The notes under the pieces were generated by a model. The model was given only the letters and a program-made list of their open reading frames with translations. It did not search any database and was not told the origin of the DNA. DNA of 64,000 nt. It comes from Candidatus Woesearchaeota archaeon. GTDB taxonomy: Archaea > Nanobdellota > Nanobdellia > Pacearchaeales > GW2011-AR1. This document shows positions 9,556 to 18,680 of the stretch, in pieces (the first letter of the stretch is position 1; every line of letters begins with the position of its first letter). The stretch is from NCBI GenBank assembly GCA_964538235.1, contig CAZIFJ010000001.1, positions 31,348-95,347 on the forward strand. Reading direction: 5' to 3'. The translations under genes and the position numbers were made by a program.

Positions 9556-10276
9556 AATATGCTATTCCTCCTCCAGAATCAAAAATATATAAGGTATCTC
9601 TATCATTGTTCCAGATATTTGTTTTGCTATTCCAAAAAAGTTCTTTTTCATTGTTCTCCCCTGTCCCCGAATATAAGGTTATTTCTTCTATATGGAAATT
9701 AGGAAATAAATACTTTTTCCTGCTTTCATCTCTTAAAATCCAGTTTTTAAAATTGATTTCAGAACATTTATTATTTATTTTAACAAATTCCTTGTATTTA
9801 TCTATTTTAACATTCAAACATTCAGAGAAATTAGACTTTTTCCAAATGCCTTTTGAATTTTTAATAGCTTCCTTTTCAGCATTATCAAATTCCTTTAATT
9901 CATCTTCTTCGACAAGAAATTTAACAGCAAAGCCATTTTTAACCAATTCTAGATTTATATATTGGTCATAATAAATTCTTCCAAGATTTCTTTTGTATTT
10001 ATCTTCTCCTAAAATTTCAATTTTAATAGATTTATTTTCTAATTTTTTTAGAAATTCTTTACCCAATTCAGAACCCATTTCGTTTTTTTCAGGAGTATTT
10101 ATATTTAGCAGTCTGACTTTCCTTCCATCTTCAAGTTCAATAGTATCTCCATCTATAACTCTAAGTATTTTTCCATTTTCAGTATTTATTTTTTCTTCCT
10201 CTTGAAAAATATAAAACATATTTGCAATCAGCCCAGTTATCAAAAACGCTAAAATTAAAGAATATTTTTTATTCAA
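9536..10276 (-). CDS. Membrane-anchored thermonuclease (SNase) with lamin-tail-like C-domain
   Basis: RVIDGDTI, VRLLNINTPE, DKYKRNLG, AEKEA...KGIW; EFVKI...W.LRD...IWNNDRDT. Confidence 0.9.
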   Translation of the reverse strand: MNKKYSLILAFLITGLIANMFYIFQEEEKINTENGKILRVIDGDTIELEDGRKVRLLNINTPEKNEMGSELGKEFLKKLENKSIKIEILGEDKYKRNLGRIYYDQYINLELVKNGFAVKFLVEEDELKEFDNAEKEAIKNSKGIWKKSNFSECLNVKIDKYKEFVKINNKCSEINFKNWILRDESRKKYLFPNFHIEEITLYSGTGENNEKELFWNSKTNIWNNDRDTLYIFDSGGGIAYYESYGY

Positions 10277-10745
10277 TTTTAATTACACTCTTTTCACAAA
10301 TCAAAGAGTCATAAAATCTATTTAAGTTTTTATGTGATATTTCTAAACTTGCTGTATTATCATTAGGATGAAAAACACTTACTTCAGCTCCCCATACTTC
10401 AGAATCAACAATAAGTTTTGTATTTTTAGCATAAATCATACAAGATATAGAAACGCTCCCAGGAGTTATGTTTAGTTCTTTTTTTAATTCTTCAATATTT
10501 CCAAATTCTAACTTTCTAACATTTAATTCTTTTTTTAATTTGTTTATATTCAATCTTTTTTCAGCAATCAGACAAATAAGATAAAAATTTCCTTTCTCAT
10601 CTTTCAAAAAAAGACTTTTTGTATGCACACCAGGAATATCTTTTTTTAATTCTTTAGATTCTTTAACAGTAAAAAATGCTTTATGTCTATGAACTTTATA
10701 TTCAATATCGTTTTCTTTCAAATAATTTAATAAATTGTTATCCAT
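10269..10745 (-). CDS. YbaK/ProX (PrdX-like) aminoacyl-tRNA deacylase
   Basis: TKSLFLKD, PGSVS, FHPNDNTAS. Confidence 0.9.
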   Translation of the reverse strand: MDNNLLNYLKENDIEYKVHRHKAFFTVKESKELKKDIPGVHTKSLFLKDEKGNFYLICLIAEKRLNINKLKKELNVRKLEFGNIEELKKELNITPGSVSISCMIYAKNTKLIVDSEVWGAEVSVFHPNDNTASLEISHKNLNRFYDSLICEKSVIKIE

Positions 10746-11145
10746 TTTTCAATTCTTTGATAATTTTTTTGCATTTCTCTATCGCCTGTTTTGCAGTTTC
10801 ATAATCCATCCTGTTTCCATAATAAGTAAGAGAATTTCTTTTATATCTCAAATCATCAAATAATATGTATAAATCCTCTCTTTTTAGAACATCTTTCAAA
10901 TAATAACCCAAGCAAATATGATTCAAGATGTTGAATCCTTTTTTGAAAGTCATTGCCTGCAATAATTCAAGCAATGAAGTATAATAATCCTCAAATATAA
11001 AATTGCAGTTTTTCTCATTTACTTCTTTAATTAAGTTTATTCTTTCGTTTGCAGTCTCTTTTAAGGATTCTGCTCTTTTTATATCTGGAGCGATAGTTTT
11101 AGATGATTTATTTATTAAGCAATCATTCCAATTTATTTCTTTCAT
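10738..11145 (-). CDS. HEPN-domain protein (toxin of a HEPN-MNT pair)
   Basis: YY..LLEL.A...G....NH, LRYKRNSLTYYG (RNxxxY variant); coupled to the MNT gene. Confidence 0.75.
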   Translation of the reverse strand: MKEINWNDCLINKSSKTIAPDIKRAESLKETANERINLIKEVNEKNCNFIFEDYYTSLLELLQAMTFKKGFNILNHICLGYYLKDVLKREDLYILFDDLRYKRNSLTYYGNRMDYETAKQAIEKCKKIIKELKNG

Positions 11146-11675
11146 CTGAAAACCTCCATAAACCCATTTAATAAAAATCCATTTATAATATTATTTGCTA
11201 AATGAACATTAGACATTTCATTAAGATTTTTATGTTGGAATATTTGTATTCTTCTTTTAAGAATTTTCTCAAATTTTTCAACGTTTACTTTTTTCTTTGA
11301 AGGAGTCTCTATGTACAAGTCAATATCTCCTTCCTCTGTGTCTTCTCCCCTTAAAAAAGAACCGAAAAGAACTATTGAAGGATTGCTTAATTCCTGTCTT
11401 AGATATTCTATAAGACCCGATTCGTATATATTTTTTATATTGTGGAGTTTTTTTTCTAAGAGATATTTCTCATTGCCCCTATTTACAGTATAGAAATTAA
11501 CATTGCCTGTTTTAATTGTTGTTAAAATGCTTTCCTTTTCAAGTTCTTTACAATATCTTATTACAGAAGGAAGAGGAAGTTTAAGGGTTCTTTCTATCTC
11601 TCTCACTCTAAGTTGGGCAGTAGGATTAACAAAGAAGTATTCCTTGATTGTTTGCCTGATATTTTTATTTTTCAT
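11142..11675 (-). CDS. HTH-fused minimal nucleotidyltransferase (MNT) antitoxin
   Basis: N-terminal wHTH (VREIER...SV..Y..ELE); LFGSFLRGEDTEEGDIDLYI. Confidence 0.88.
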   Translation of the reverse strand: MKNKNIRQTIKEYFFVNPTAQLRVREIERTLKLPLPSVIRYCKELEKESILTTIKTGNVNFYTVNRGNEKYLLEKKLHNIKNIYESGLIEYLRQELSNPSIVLFGSFLRGEDTEEGDIDLYIETPSKKKVNVEKFEKILKRRIQIFQHKNLNEMSNVHLANNIINGFLLNGFMEVFR

Positions 11676-11771
11676 TTGATATTATATATTATCAACTGAT
11701 ATTTAAAGTTATCGTTCTTGTTGTTTATGTTTTATTATTATTAAGTATTAGGTTTGGCACTTTGGAAGATA

Positions 11772-11796
11772 TTATAATTGTTGAGAAACTGATAAA
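11772..11796. repeat. 25-bp intergenic motif, copy A
   Basis: TTATAATTGTTGAGAAACTGATAAA; 24/25 identical to 13891-13915. Confidence 0.8.
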
Positions 11797-11859
11797 ACAT
11801 TAAAAAATTATTTTATATATGACCGAAAACTTTATATTATTAATTATACCATTTAGATT

Positions 11860-12030
11860 ATGGAAAGCTTAGAAAATTTAAGGGAAGAGAACATCCAGCT
11901 AAGAAGAGCTTTGGCTATTTGCATGAATGTTTCTTTTATTAAAAAACTTTCAGAAGCACTAAAAAGAATAAATAATGGAGAATATCTATCAGAAGAAGAA
12001 TTTTTTAACTATTCCTCTCAACAATTTTAA
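11860..12030 (+). CDS. Small protein (56 aa), antitoxin-like
   Basis: Manual translation MESLENLREENIQLRRALAICMNVSFIKKLSEALKRINNGEYLSEEEFFNYSSQQF; TATA-like TTTATA upstream; below the ORF-track cutoff. Confidence 0.55.
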   Translation: MESLENLREENIQLRRALAICMNVSFIKKLSEALKRINNGEYLSEEEFFNYSSQQF

Positions 12031-12704
12031 TCCCTAAAAATTCTTTTATAAAAAAGATTTTCTTTTAGTCCACTGCTGATTTTCTTTAATTCGTAATCCG
12101 TAAGAAGAATAGTAATTCTACCTTCGCATTTTTTTACTATCTCTGCACCTGCTGAAATTCCAGAAATAACAAATATCGAGGGAGAGTTTGCAAAAACTTT
12201 AGTTCTTACATTTTGAATGACGTTTCGCTCATTATCTTCTTTTCTAACAAATAGAACATATTTTTCAATGTCAGTTAATAATTTTAGAATCTTATCCTTA
12301 AAATCTTGAATTGAAGTTAAATTTTCTATTAAAATTCCAATGTATGTATTGAGTAATCCATTTTCAACAAATTGAGCTATGTGTAAACCTCTGACTTCAT
12401 ATTTTTGATGTACCTTGTCTCGCAAATTTTTTCTTCTTTCTAAATTATTCTCTAATCTTCTCAAAGTTAATCCTATTTTTGTCAGAAATAAAATCTCCTC
12501 GTCTTGTATATAAATTTTATAGAAGTTTAGCTCTCCAGAGTTAAGTTGCTCCTTTACTATTTTGATAGTTTCTTCATCTTGTATAAAGGCAAGTTTTTTG
12601 TCTCTAAACTTCTGTGCAAGATTCTTTATAGAACTTAACGACCAATCAAGCAAGCCTTTAGCCACACCAGTTGTAGCTTTTTCAACAATATCATCATATC
12701 CCAT
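12027..12704 (-). CDS. Hypothetical protein in defence island
   Basis: 225-aa ORF overlapping the 80-aa upstream ORF; no family recognised. Confidence 0.7.
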   Translation of the reverse strand: MGYDDIVEKATTGVAKGLLDWSLSSIKNLAQKFRDKKLAFIQDEETIKIVKEQLNSGELNFYKIYIQDEEILFLTKIGLTLRRLENNLERRKNLRDKVHQKYEVRGLHIAQFVENGLLNTYIGILIENLTSIQDFKDKILKLLTDIEKYVLFVRKEDNERNVIQNVRTKVFANSPSIFVISGISAGAEIVKKCEGRITILLTDYELKKISSGLKENLFYKRIFRD

Positions 12705-12936
12705 CCGGAAATTCCTCTAAGTACTTAGAGAGGCTAATTTCATTATCATCTAAAATTATAGTGCTTCCTGGAAGTATAACCATATTTTCTATTCTTACAG
12801 GAATTTCTAAATATTTATCTATGACTCTGGTTTTATCATTATTCAATACAAATTCTCCATCCGAGTCATAACCGAGTTCTTTCAAAAGTAAAGTTTTAGA
12901 TTCCTTAGAAATGTTTTTCAATGATATAAGTTCCAT
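12694..12936 (-). CDS. Hypothetical protein in defence island
   Basis: 80-aa ORF with GAGG SD-like sequence and TTTATAAA box upstream. Confidence 0.7.
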   Translation of the reverse strand: MELISLKNISKESKTLLLKELGYDSDGEFVLNNDKTRVIDKYLEIPVRIENMVILPGSTIILDDNEISLSKYLEEFPDGI

Positions 12937-12997
12937 TTGATACGCCTCATAAACGATATAACAATCAAAGTTTATAAACTTAATTTTTGTCTAGTCC

Positions 12998-13198
12998 TTA
13001 TTTCAAACTCTCCTCAATAATCTTAATTTCTTCTTCATTCAATCCATATAACTTATACACTTCTTTATCAATTTCATAATCAATATTCTTTATCTGTTGC
13101 TCCAATCTTTCTTTTTCGTTCCCTGTTGGATTTGTTTCGTGAAGTTGTTTTTGAAGCGAGAGCATTTTATCAACGAGAGAAACTATTTTTTGTTCTTG
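12998..13198 (-). pseudogene. Orphan copy of the last 67 codons of the type IIG RM gene
   Basis: 201-bp direct repeat of 14534-14734 with 13 substitutions by manual alignment. Confidence 0.9.
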
Positions 13199-13326
13199 TT
13201 TGGAAGTTGCGGAATAGAAATTACCTTCAAATAAATAATAAATGCCATAGTATAAACAAAGTGTATAAATTTAAATAGATATTTTATGAATTAATTTAAA
13301 TAAAAATGGTGACTAAAATACAATAT

Positions 13327-13536
13327 ATGAAGCTAAAGAATATTAAATCAAAAGAGGTATTAAAAATCCTTCAAAGGCAAGGATTTGAAATCAAGAGGCA
13401 ATCAGGAACTCATGTGATTTTAAGAAAAGAGAACAAAACAGTTGTTGTTCCGATACATCGTGAAGTAATGCCAATTGGGACGCTAAAAAGTATAGAAAAA
13501 CAATCAGGAATTGATTTTAGAGAAATACTCTCGTAA
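13327..13536 (+). CDS. hicA: HicA family mRNA interferase toxin
   Basis: KEVLKIL...GF...RQSGTHVIL...VVVPIH...GTLKSI. Confidence 0.9.
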   Translation: MKLKNIKSKEVLKILQRQGFEIKRQSGTHVILRKENKTVVVPIHREVMPIGTLKSIEKQSGIDFREILS

Positions 13537-13747
13537 CAAGTACAGGTTCTTCTTTTTTTAATAACTCTCTCTTTTCAGGAACTTCTTCCAACAAAAGAGA
13601 AATACCCATCTTTAAATTATTCAAAGATTCATCAACAGTATCCCCAAAATCACTAATACCTAATTCTACACAATTGGCTACAAAAACATTTTTTCCCTCT
13701 AATTCTTCCTCATGCAAGGTAGCCGAAAAAGCTATTTTTTCTTCCAT
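13517..13747 (-). CDS. hicB: HicB family antitoxin (N-terminal domain only)
   Basis: FVANCVELGISDFGDTVDESLNNLKMGISLLLE. Confidence 0.85.
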   Translation of the reverse strand: MEEKIAFSATLHEEELEGKNVFVANCVELGISDFGDTVDESLNNLKMGISLLLEEVPEKRELLKKEEPVLVTRVFL

Positions 13748-13890
13748 AAAAATAATCACTTTTTGAACTATTTAAAACTTATGGGATTTCAGTGGTTTTG
13801 GTTTTTAGGATTATTTAGTTTATTTTTTGGCACATTTTTATATTTTATAATCTCGTCAAAGATTTTTTAATTGGATATATTAATCAGAGG

Positions 13891-13915
13891 TTATGATTGT
13901 TGAGAAACTGATAAA
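13891..13915. repeat. 25-bp intergenic motif, copy B
   Basis: TTATGATTGTTGAGAAACTGATAAA; matches 11772-11796. Confidence 0.8.
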
Positions 13916-13946
13916 GCAATTAAATAAATTTTTGTTTTAAATAAAA

Positions 13947-14537
13947 TTATTTTTTATTAATAATCTCATCATAGCTTCTCAACCAATTTCCAAATAAAAA
14001 CTTTCTAATTATTTCTAAGAAATTTCCTCCATCGCTCTTTGGTCTTGAGATCCAATTATATAAAACCATTAAAAATAAAATTAAAGAAATAATGAATACA
14101 ACTGGAGCTAAAAATATAATCTGCTCTCCATATGTTTCAAGAGAGTTTCTGTCCAAAATAAACCAAAAAAGATAAACATACATTAAAAATATAAGTATCA
14201 AAATTATTTCTGCAAGCCATTCAGTTCTGAAAAAAGGCAATCTTCCTATTTCATTTTTTAAATCAGGCCCCTTTATTCCATTATCAAATATTTTATACAT
14301 TAAACTTTTTTTCTGTCCCAAAGATTCTATCATAAGAATACAATAGAATAAAACAAAAAGTCCCAAAATCGACATAATAAAATACATTGGTCCCAGATTG
14401 GATTTAGAAGGCCATACCTTAAATAAAATCCATAAAGAAAAAGCAACTCCTACTGAAAAAACTGTCCAAATAAGAAAGTTACAATTTTCTGCCGAATCTC
14501 TGATTTTTTCATATTTCAACATTATTTCTTTATTCAT
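13947..14537 (-). CDS. 4-TM membrane protein coupled to the RM gene
   Basis: Four hydrophobic segments; ATGA overlap with the RM stop. Confidence 0.75.
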   Translation of the reverse strand: MNKEIMLKYEKIRDSAENCNFLIWTVFSVGVAFSLWILFKVWPSKSNLGPMYFIMSILGLFVLFYCILMIESLGQKKSLMYKIFDNGIKGPDLKNEIGRLPFFRTEWLAEIILILIFLMYVYLFWFILDRNSLETYGEQIIFLAPVVFIISLILFLMVLYNWISRPKSDGGNFLEIIRKFLFGNWLRSYDEIINKK

Positions 14538-17482
14538 TTCAAACTCTCCTCAACAATTTTAATCTCTTCATCATTTAACCCATATAACTTATACACTTCT
14601 TCATCAATTTCATAATCAATATTTTTTATCTGTTGCTCTAATCTTTCTTTTTCGTTCCCAGTTGGATTTGTTTCGTGAAGTTGTTTTTGAAGCGAGAGCA
14701 TTTTATCAACTAAAGAAACTATTTTTTGTTCTTGTGATTTTTTCGGGAGACAGATTGGAAATTTCTCAATGAATCTTTTTGCATAAGAATAGTATCCTCC
14801 CCTAAATCTCGTGCTAATGTTTTTTAAATAAAATTCTAAAGTTTTGGAATTAAGTAATCCAAGAAGCAGTTTATATTTTTCTTTAAATTCTTCTTTCAAA
14901 ATTATTCCATAACCTCCAGCATTTCCACCCCCGACAAAATAATATTCTCCATTTTCATCCAACACAAATTTGTTTGAATTAGAAAGAACTTGCGTCATAA
15001 TCTTTTTCTTCTTAAATTTATCAATGTTTTGCGTTCTACCAAACTTATACCAATTTTTATCTTCGTTAAATCTGTTTTCTTCTCTCGATTTAAGTTCTTT
15101 CTCATAATCTTTCAAGTAATGATAAAAATTTGGATATTTTGATTTTATAATATCTAATTGAATTAAACTGGCTTTATCTTGGGATAGATCATAAGGATAA
15201 AGAACAGAATATCCTTCCCAATTTACAGACCATTTTCTTATTTCTTTTCCCTTAAGTAACTTTTTAATAATGCTTTTTTCAATTTTATATTCTTTATCCT
15301 TCAGATTATTTTTTACAATAAAATTATCTCTTTCTTCTTTAATTATTTTAACAAAATAATATCTATCTGCTCCAGTAATCATTCCCTGAAAAATTGCTTC
15401 AGCGATATTATTTAATCTCAAATCTATTTTGTCAAATTTTTGAAATATTTGAGAGCTATTTCCATCTGAAAAACTCCAAGTTAAATCTGAAACAGGTATT
15501 TTCTGCTCAAAACAAATTAAATTATCTTTGTTTAAAATTCCTTTATTTAACTTCATTAAATTTTTAGGAGTACAATAAAAAAATCGTGTATTATCTTCTT
15601 TATCCAAGAACAACAAGCAAGTATATGTTGTTGCATTTTCAAAAATTTGGTAATCTTTAAAATCTACTATTTCTTTAATTGCCTTATTTTTAGATATATA
15701 ATTTCTTAGATTTTTTCCATAATCTGCACTAAAGAATTTATTAGGCAATATATAACCCAATCTCCCATTTTCTTTCAATATTTTGTGACCCCTTTCTACA
15801 AATAAAATATAAATGTCATAATTCTTTTCTGGAGACTCATACATTTTATTAAAATAATCAACATCTTTTTTATTTAATGTTTGTATTCTAACATAAGGAG
15901 GATTCCCAATCACAACATCAAAACCTCCATTTCTAAAAACATCTGGAAATTGTGCGTGCCAATTAAACGCTTTGTCGCCTGCGATTTTGCTGTCGTCAAT
16001 TAAAGAATTTCCATTTTTTATATTATCTCGTAAGTTAGGTAGAAGGCGTTTATGAGTGTCTGGTGTTTCTTCTTCTAATATTTTCAATAATAAATTAAGC
16101 TGTGCTAACTCAACAGCTTTCTCATCTAAATCAACTCCATAAATACAATTTGACATAATAGATGCTTTTTGCCCCAAAGTAAGTCTATCTTTATAGAATT
16201 GGAATTGCGTGCTTTTTGCTTTCTCACCGCTTTTCAATTTTTGCTCAATTGTATTGCATAATTCTTGAAAAGCGCTCATAAGAAAACTCCCGCTTCCGCA
16301 AGCAGGGTCAACAATATTTACTTCTAAAATTTCATCAATTGTTTTATTTTTAATATATTCTCCTACTGTGTTCTTAACAATATAATCTACAATATAAGAA
16401 GGAGTATAATAAATTCCCATCTTTTTTCTCTTCCCAGTTTCAGATTCTAATTTAACTCTTTTCTCAGTGCTCTGAAGAATTGTTCCAAGATATTGTTCAT
16501 AGATGGTGCCCAATAAATCGCCAGGAATTTCATCAAACATATATCTTTCTTGAAAATCTTTTTTTCCAAAATACAAAATTCTAATAACTTCTTGAAGAGT
16601 ATTATCGTCAAAAAAGATATTTTTCTCATCTTCTAAAATACTTTTAGCGAATAATTTTGAATTATATTGTTTGTCAAAAATCAAAAATTGCTCTTCTAAA
16701 ATATCCCATATTCTCTTATGGATTCTCCCTTCTCTAAAATCTTTTACAATGCCTAAAAGAAAGTTTTTGTTTTCTAAACCTCTATCTTCAACAGAACGCA
16801 TAAAAATTAATCTATCTATTAAAATTTGAACAGCTTCGTCTATTTGTTCCTGCGATAAATATGCTCTTAATTTTTTTATGTCCTTTGAAAGCAATTCTCT
16901 AATATATAATAAATCTTCTAAAATACTTTCATCAATCGGCTTTGAAGCTTTCTCGTCTTTTTTAGAAAGTAATTCATAAATTTTTCCGTTTTCAAAACTT
17001 TCTTTTGATAACAACCAAAGCTTATCAAAATTATCTAAAAATTGCTCAAAAACCAATCTAAAATAACTTTCTCCAAGTTTTAATAAATTTTTGTCTATAT
17101 TTTTAATGTTAGTTAATGCATGGTATACTCTAATTTCTTTAAAATTAATTAAAACTGCAAATTTAATTTTTCTGTGATAAGCATAAGAAACCGCTTGTCT
17201 TCCTTCATCTTCGCTTAAACGAACAGAGGTTTTCTTAGCTTCAATAACTAATACTTCTTCGTTTCCAATTTTTAAAATATAATCTGCTCTTCCTTTCAAA
17301 ATACGAGTTTCTTTTTCAATGTCTTGCCTTTCCCACCCTAAAAGTTCAAACAATGGCTCAACATAATTCCACTTTACCCACTCTTCATTTTGGCTGTCAA
17401 TATAATCTTTATTTTTACTAGCTTGAGAAAACTGCTCAATTAATTCCTTCAACTTCTTCCTTGCTTGTTCTTTTGTCACCAT
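14534..17482 (-). CDS. Type IIG restriction-modification enzyme (REase + N6-adenine MTase + TaqI-like TRD)
   Basis: GRADY...IEAK nuclease; GIYYTP, DPACGSGSFL, GVDLD, GFDVVIGNPPY; LLGLLNS...F...RFRGGY. Confidence 0.93.
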   Translation of the reverse strand: MVTKEQARKKLKELIEQFSQASKNKDYIDSQNEEWVKWNYVEPLFELLGWERQDIEKETRILKGRADYILKIGNEEVLVIEAKKTSVRLSEDEGRQAVSYAYHRKIKFAVLINFKEIRVYHALTNIKNIDKNLLKLGESYFRLVFEQFLDNFDKLWLLSKESFENGKIYELLSKKDEKASKPIDESILEDLLYIRELLSKDIKKLRAYLSQEQIDEAVQILIDRLIFMRSVEDRGLENKNFLLGIVKDFREGRIHKRIWDILEEQFLIFDKQYNSKLFAKSILEDEKNIFFDDNTLQEVIRILYFGKKDFQERYMFDEIPGDLLGTIYEQYLGTILQSTEKRVKLESETGKRKKMGIYYTPSYIVDYIVKNTVGEYIKNKTIDEILEVNIVDPACGSGSFLMSAFQELCNTIEQKLKSGEKAKSTQFQFYKDRLTLGQKASIMSNCIYGVDLDEKAVELAQLNLLLKILEEETPDTHKRLLPNLRDNIKNGNSLIDDSKIAGDKAFNWHAQFPDVFRNGGFDVVIGNPPYVRIQTLNKKDVDYFNKMYESPEKNYDIYILFVERGHKILKENGRLGYILPNKFFSADYGKNLRNYISKNKAIKEIVDFKDYQIFENATTYTCLLFLDKEDNTRFFYCTPKNLMKLNKGILNKDNLICFEQKIPVSDLTWSFSDGNSSQIFQKFDKIDLRLNNIAEAIFQGMITGADRYYFVKIIKEERDNFIVKNNLKDKEYKIEKSIIKKLLKGKEIRKWSVNWEGYSVLYPYDLSQDKASLIQLDIIKSKYPNFYHYLKDYEKELKSREENRFNEDKNWYKFGRTQNIDKFKKKKIMTQVLSNSNKFVLDENGEYYFVGGGNAGGYGIILKEEFKEKYKLLLGLLNSKTLEFYLKNISTRFRGGYYSYAKRFIEKFPICLPKKSQEQKIVSLVDKMLSLQKQLHETNPTGNEKERLEQQIKNIDYEIDEEVYKLYGLNDEEIKIVEESLK

Positions 17483-17538
17483 ATATTTCATAAAATAATT
17501 CATATTTATAGATTTGTCTTATTGATTAAACTTTCTTA

Positions 17539-17652
17539 ATGTCACGAACGTTAAAACCTCGCCTTTTAAGGCGAGGCGTTCGTGAGCATCCAAAAAACAA
17601 GCACCGAACAAACCACGGCTTTTAAGTCGTGGTGGTGCATTGTTTTTTTGAT
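17539..17652 (+). repeat. Nested palindromic element, family 1 copy 1
   Basis: ATGTCACGAACG-[CCTCGCCTTTTAAGGCGAGG]-CGTTCGTGAGCAT + CAAAAAACAAGCACC-[CCACGGCTTTTAAGTCGTGG]-TGGTGCATTGTTTTTTTG; recurs at 24948 and 56794. Confidence 0.92.
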
Positions 17653-17689
17653 ACAAACAATTTATAAATTTATTAAATCAATAAATTAA

Positions 17690-18646
17690 ATGAAAAAAGA
17701 ATCAAATACAGAGACTTATGATTTTATTATAATTGGCGCAGGTGTAACTGGCTTAGCTTCAGCAATGTATTCGGCAAGGTTGGGAATGAAAACTTTATGC
17801 CTTGGAGCTAGCTTTGGCTCAGAATTGCCCTTAGGAGGAGTTATAACAACAACAAATATTGTTGAAAATTACCCAGGTTTTATAAAATTAACAGGAACAC
17901 AATTAGCAGAAGAAATAAAAAAACACACAGAATCTTATGATTTAGTTTCATTAAAAGAAGAAAAAGTTTTAGAGATAAAAAAAATAAAAAATAATTTTAT
18001 TGTTAAAACAGAAGAGAGTGAATACAAGGGTCTATCAATTTTATTTGCAACAGGAACAAAGTGGAAAAAATTAGAAGTTCCTGGAAGCCAGGAATTTGAA
18101 AATCTCGGTGTCGCATATTGTGCTTTGTGCGACGCTCCTTTATTTAAGGGAAAGGTGGTTACAGTTGTTGGAGGTTCAGATTCAGCCGCAAAAGACGCAT
18201 TAGTTTTAGCAGAGCATGCAAAAAAAGTTTTTATGATTTATCGAGGAGAAAACATCCGTCCTGAGCCAATAAACCTAAAGAGAATTCAGTCAAATAAAAA
18301 AATTGAAATTATAAATAAAACAAATATTTTAGAAATAAAAGGAAAAGATTTCGTCACTTCTGTTATTTTAGACAAACCTTATAACAATTCTAAAGAATTA
18401 AAACTAGATGGAGTTTTTGTCGCAATAGGACATATTCCTTTATCAGATTTAGCAAAATCTATTGGAGTTAAAACAGATTCAAAAGATGAAATAGTTATAG
18501 ACCATAAAACCTCAGAAACAAATGTTTCAGGAGTTTTTGCCGCAGGCGATGTAACAGACAAACTTTTCAAACAAGCGATTACAGGAGTCGCCGATGGTTG
18601 CACAGCCGCCTATTCAGCGTTTGAGTACATAAATAAATTTTCTTAA
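17690..18646 (+). CDS. trxB: Thioredoxin reductase
   Basis: IIGAGVTG, VENYPG, GVAYCALCD, VVGGSDSA, GVFAAGD. Confidence 0.93.
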   Translation: MKKESNTETYDFIIIGAGVTGLASAMYSARLGMKTLCLGASFGSELPLGGVITTTNIVENYPGFIKLTGTQLAEEIKKHTESYDLVSLKEEKVLEIKKIKNNFIVKTEESEYKGLSILFATGTKWKKLEVPGSQEFENLGVAYCALCDAPLFKGKVVTVVGGSDSAAKDALVLAEHAKKVFMIYRGENIRPEPINLKRIQSNKKIEIINKTNILEIKGKDFVTSVILDKPYNNSKELKLDGVFVAIGHIPLSDLAKSIGVKTDSKDEIVIDHKTSETNVSGVFAAGDVTDKLFKQAITGVADGCTAAYSAFEYINKFS

Positions 18647-18680
18647 TTAAGTTTTTAAAATGCAAATTCTTATCTATAAA

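Noticed and set aside
13868..13902. dif/Xer-like site ATTGGATATATTAA...TTATG
   Set aside because: Spacer length and right arm do not fit an 11-6-11 inverted repeat, and the left arm is absent from the other motif copy.
17539..17625. Conserved peptide encoded by family 1 repeats
   Set aside because: The ATG frame is open in copies 1 and 2 but stops after 7 codons in copy 3; conservation follows base pairing, not codons.
10738..17652. Provirus or integrative element
   Set aside because: No integrase, capsid, terminase, replication gene or tRNA-derived att repeat was seen.
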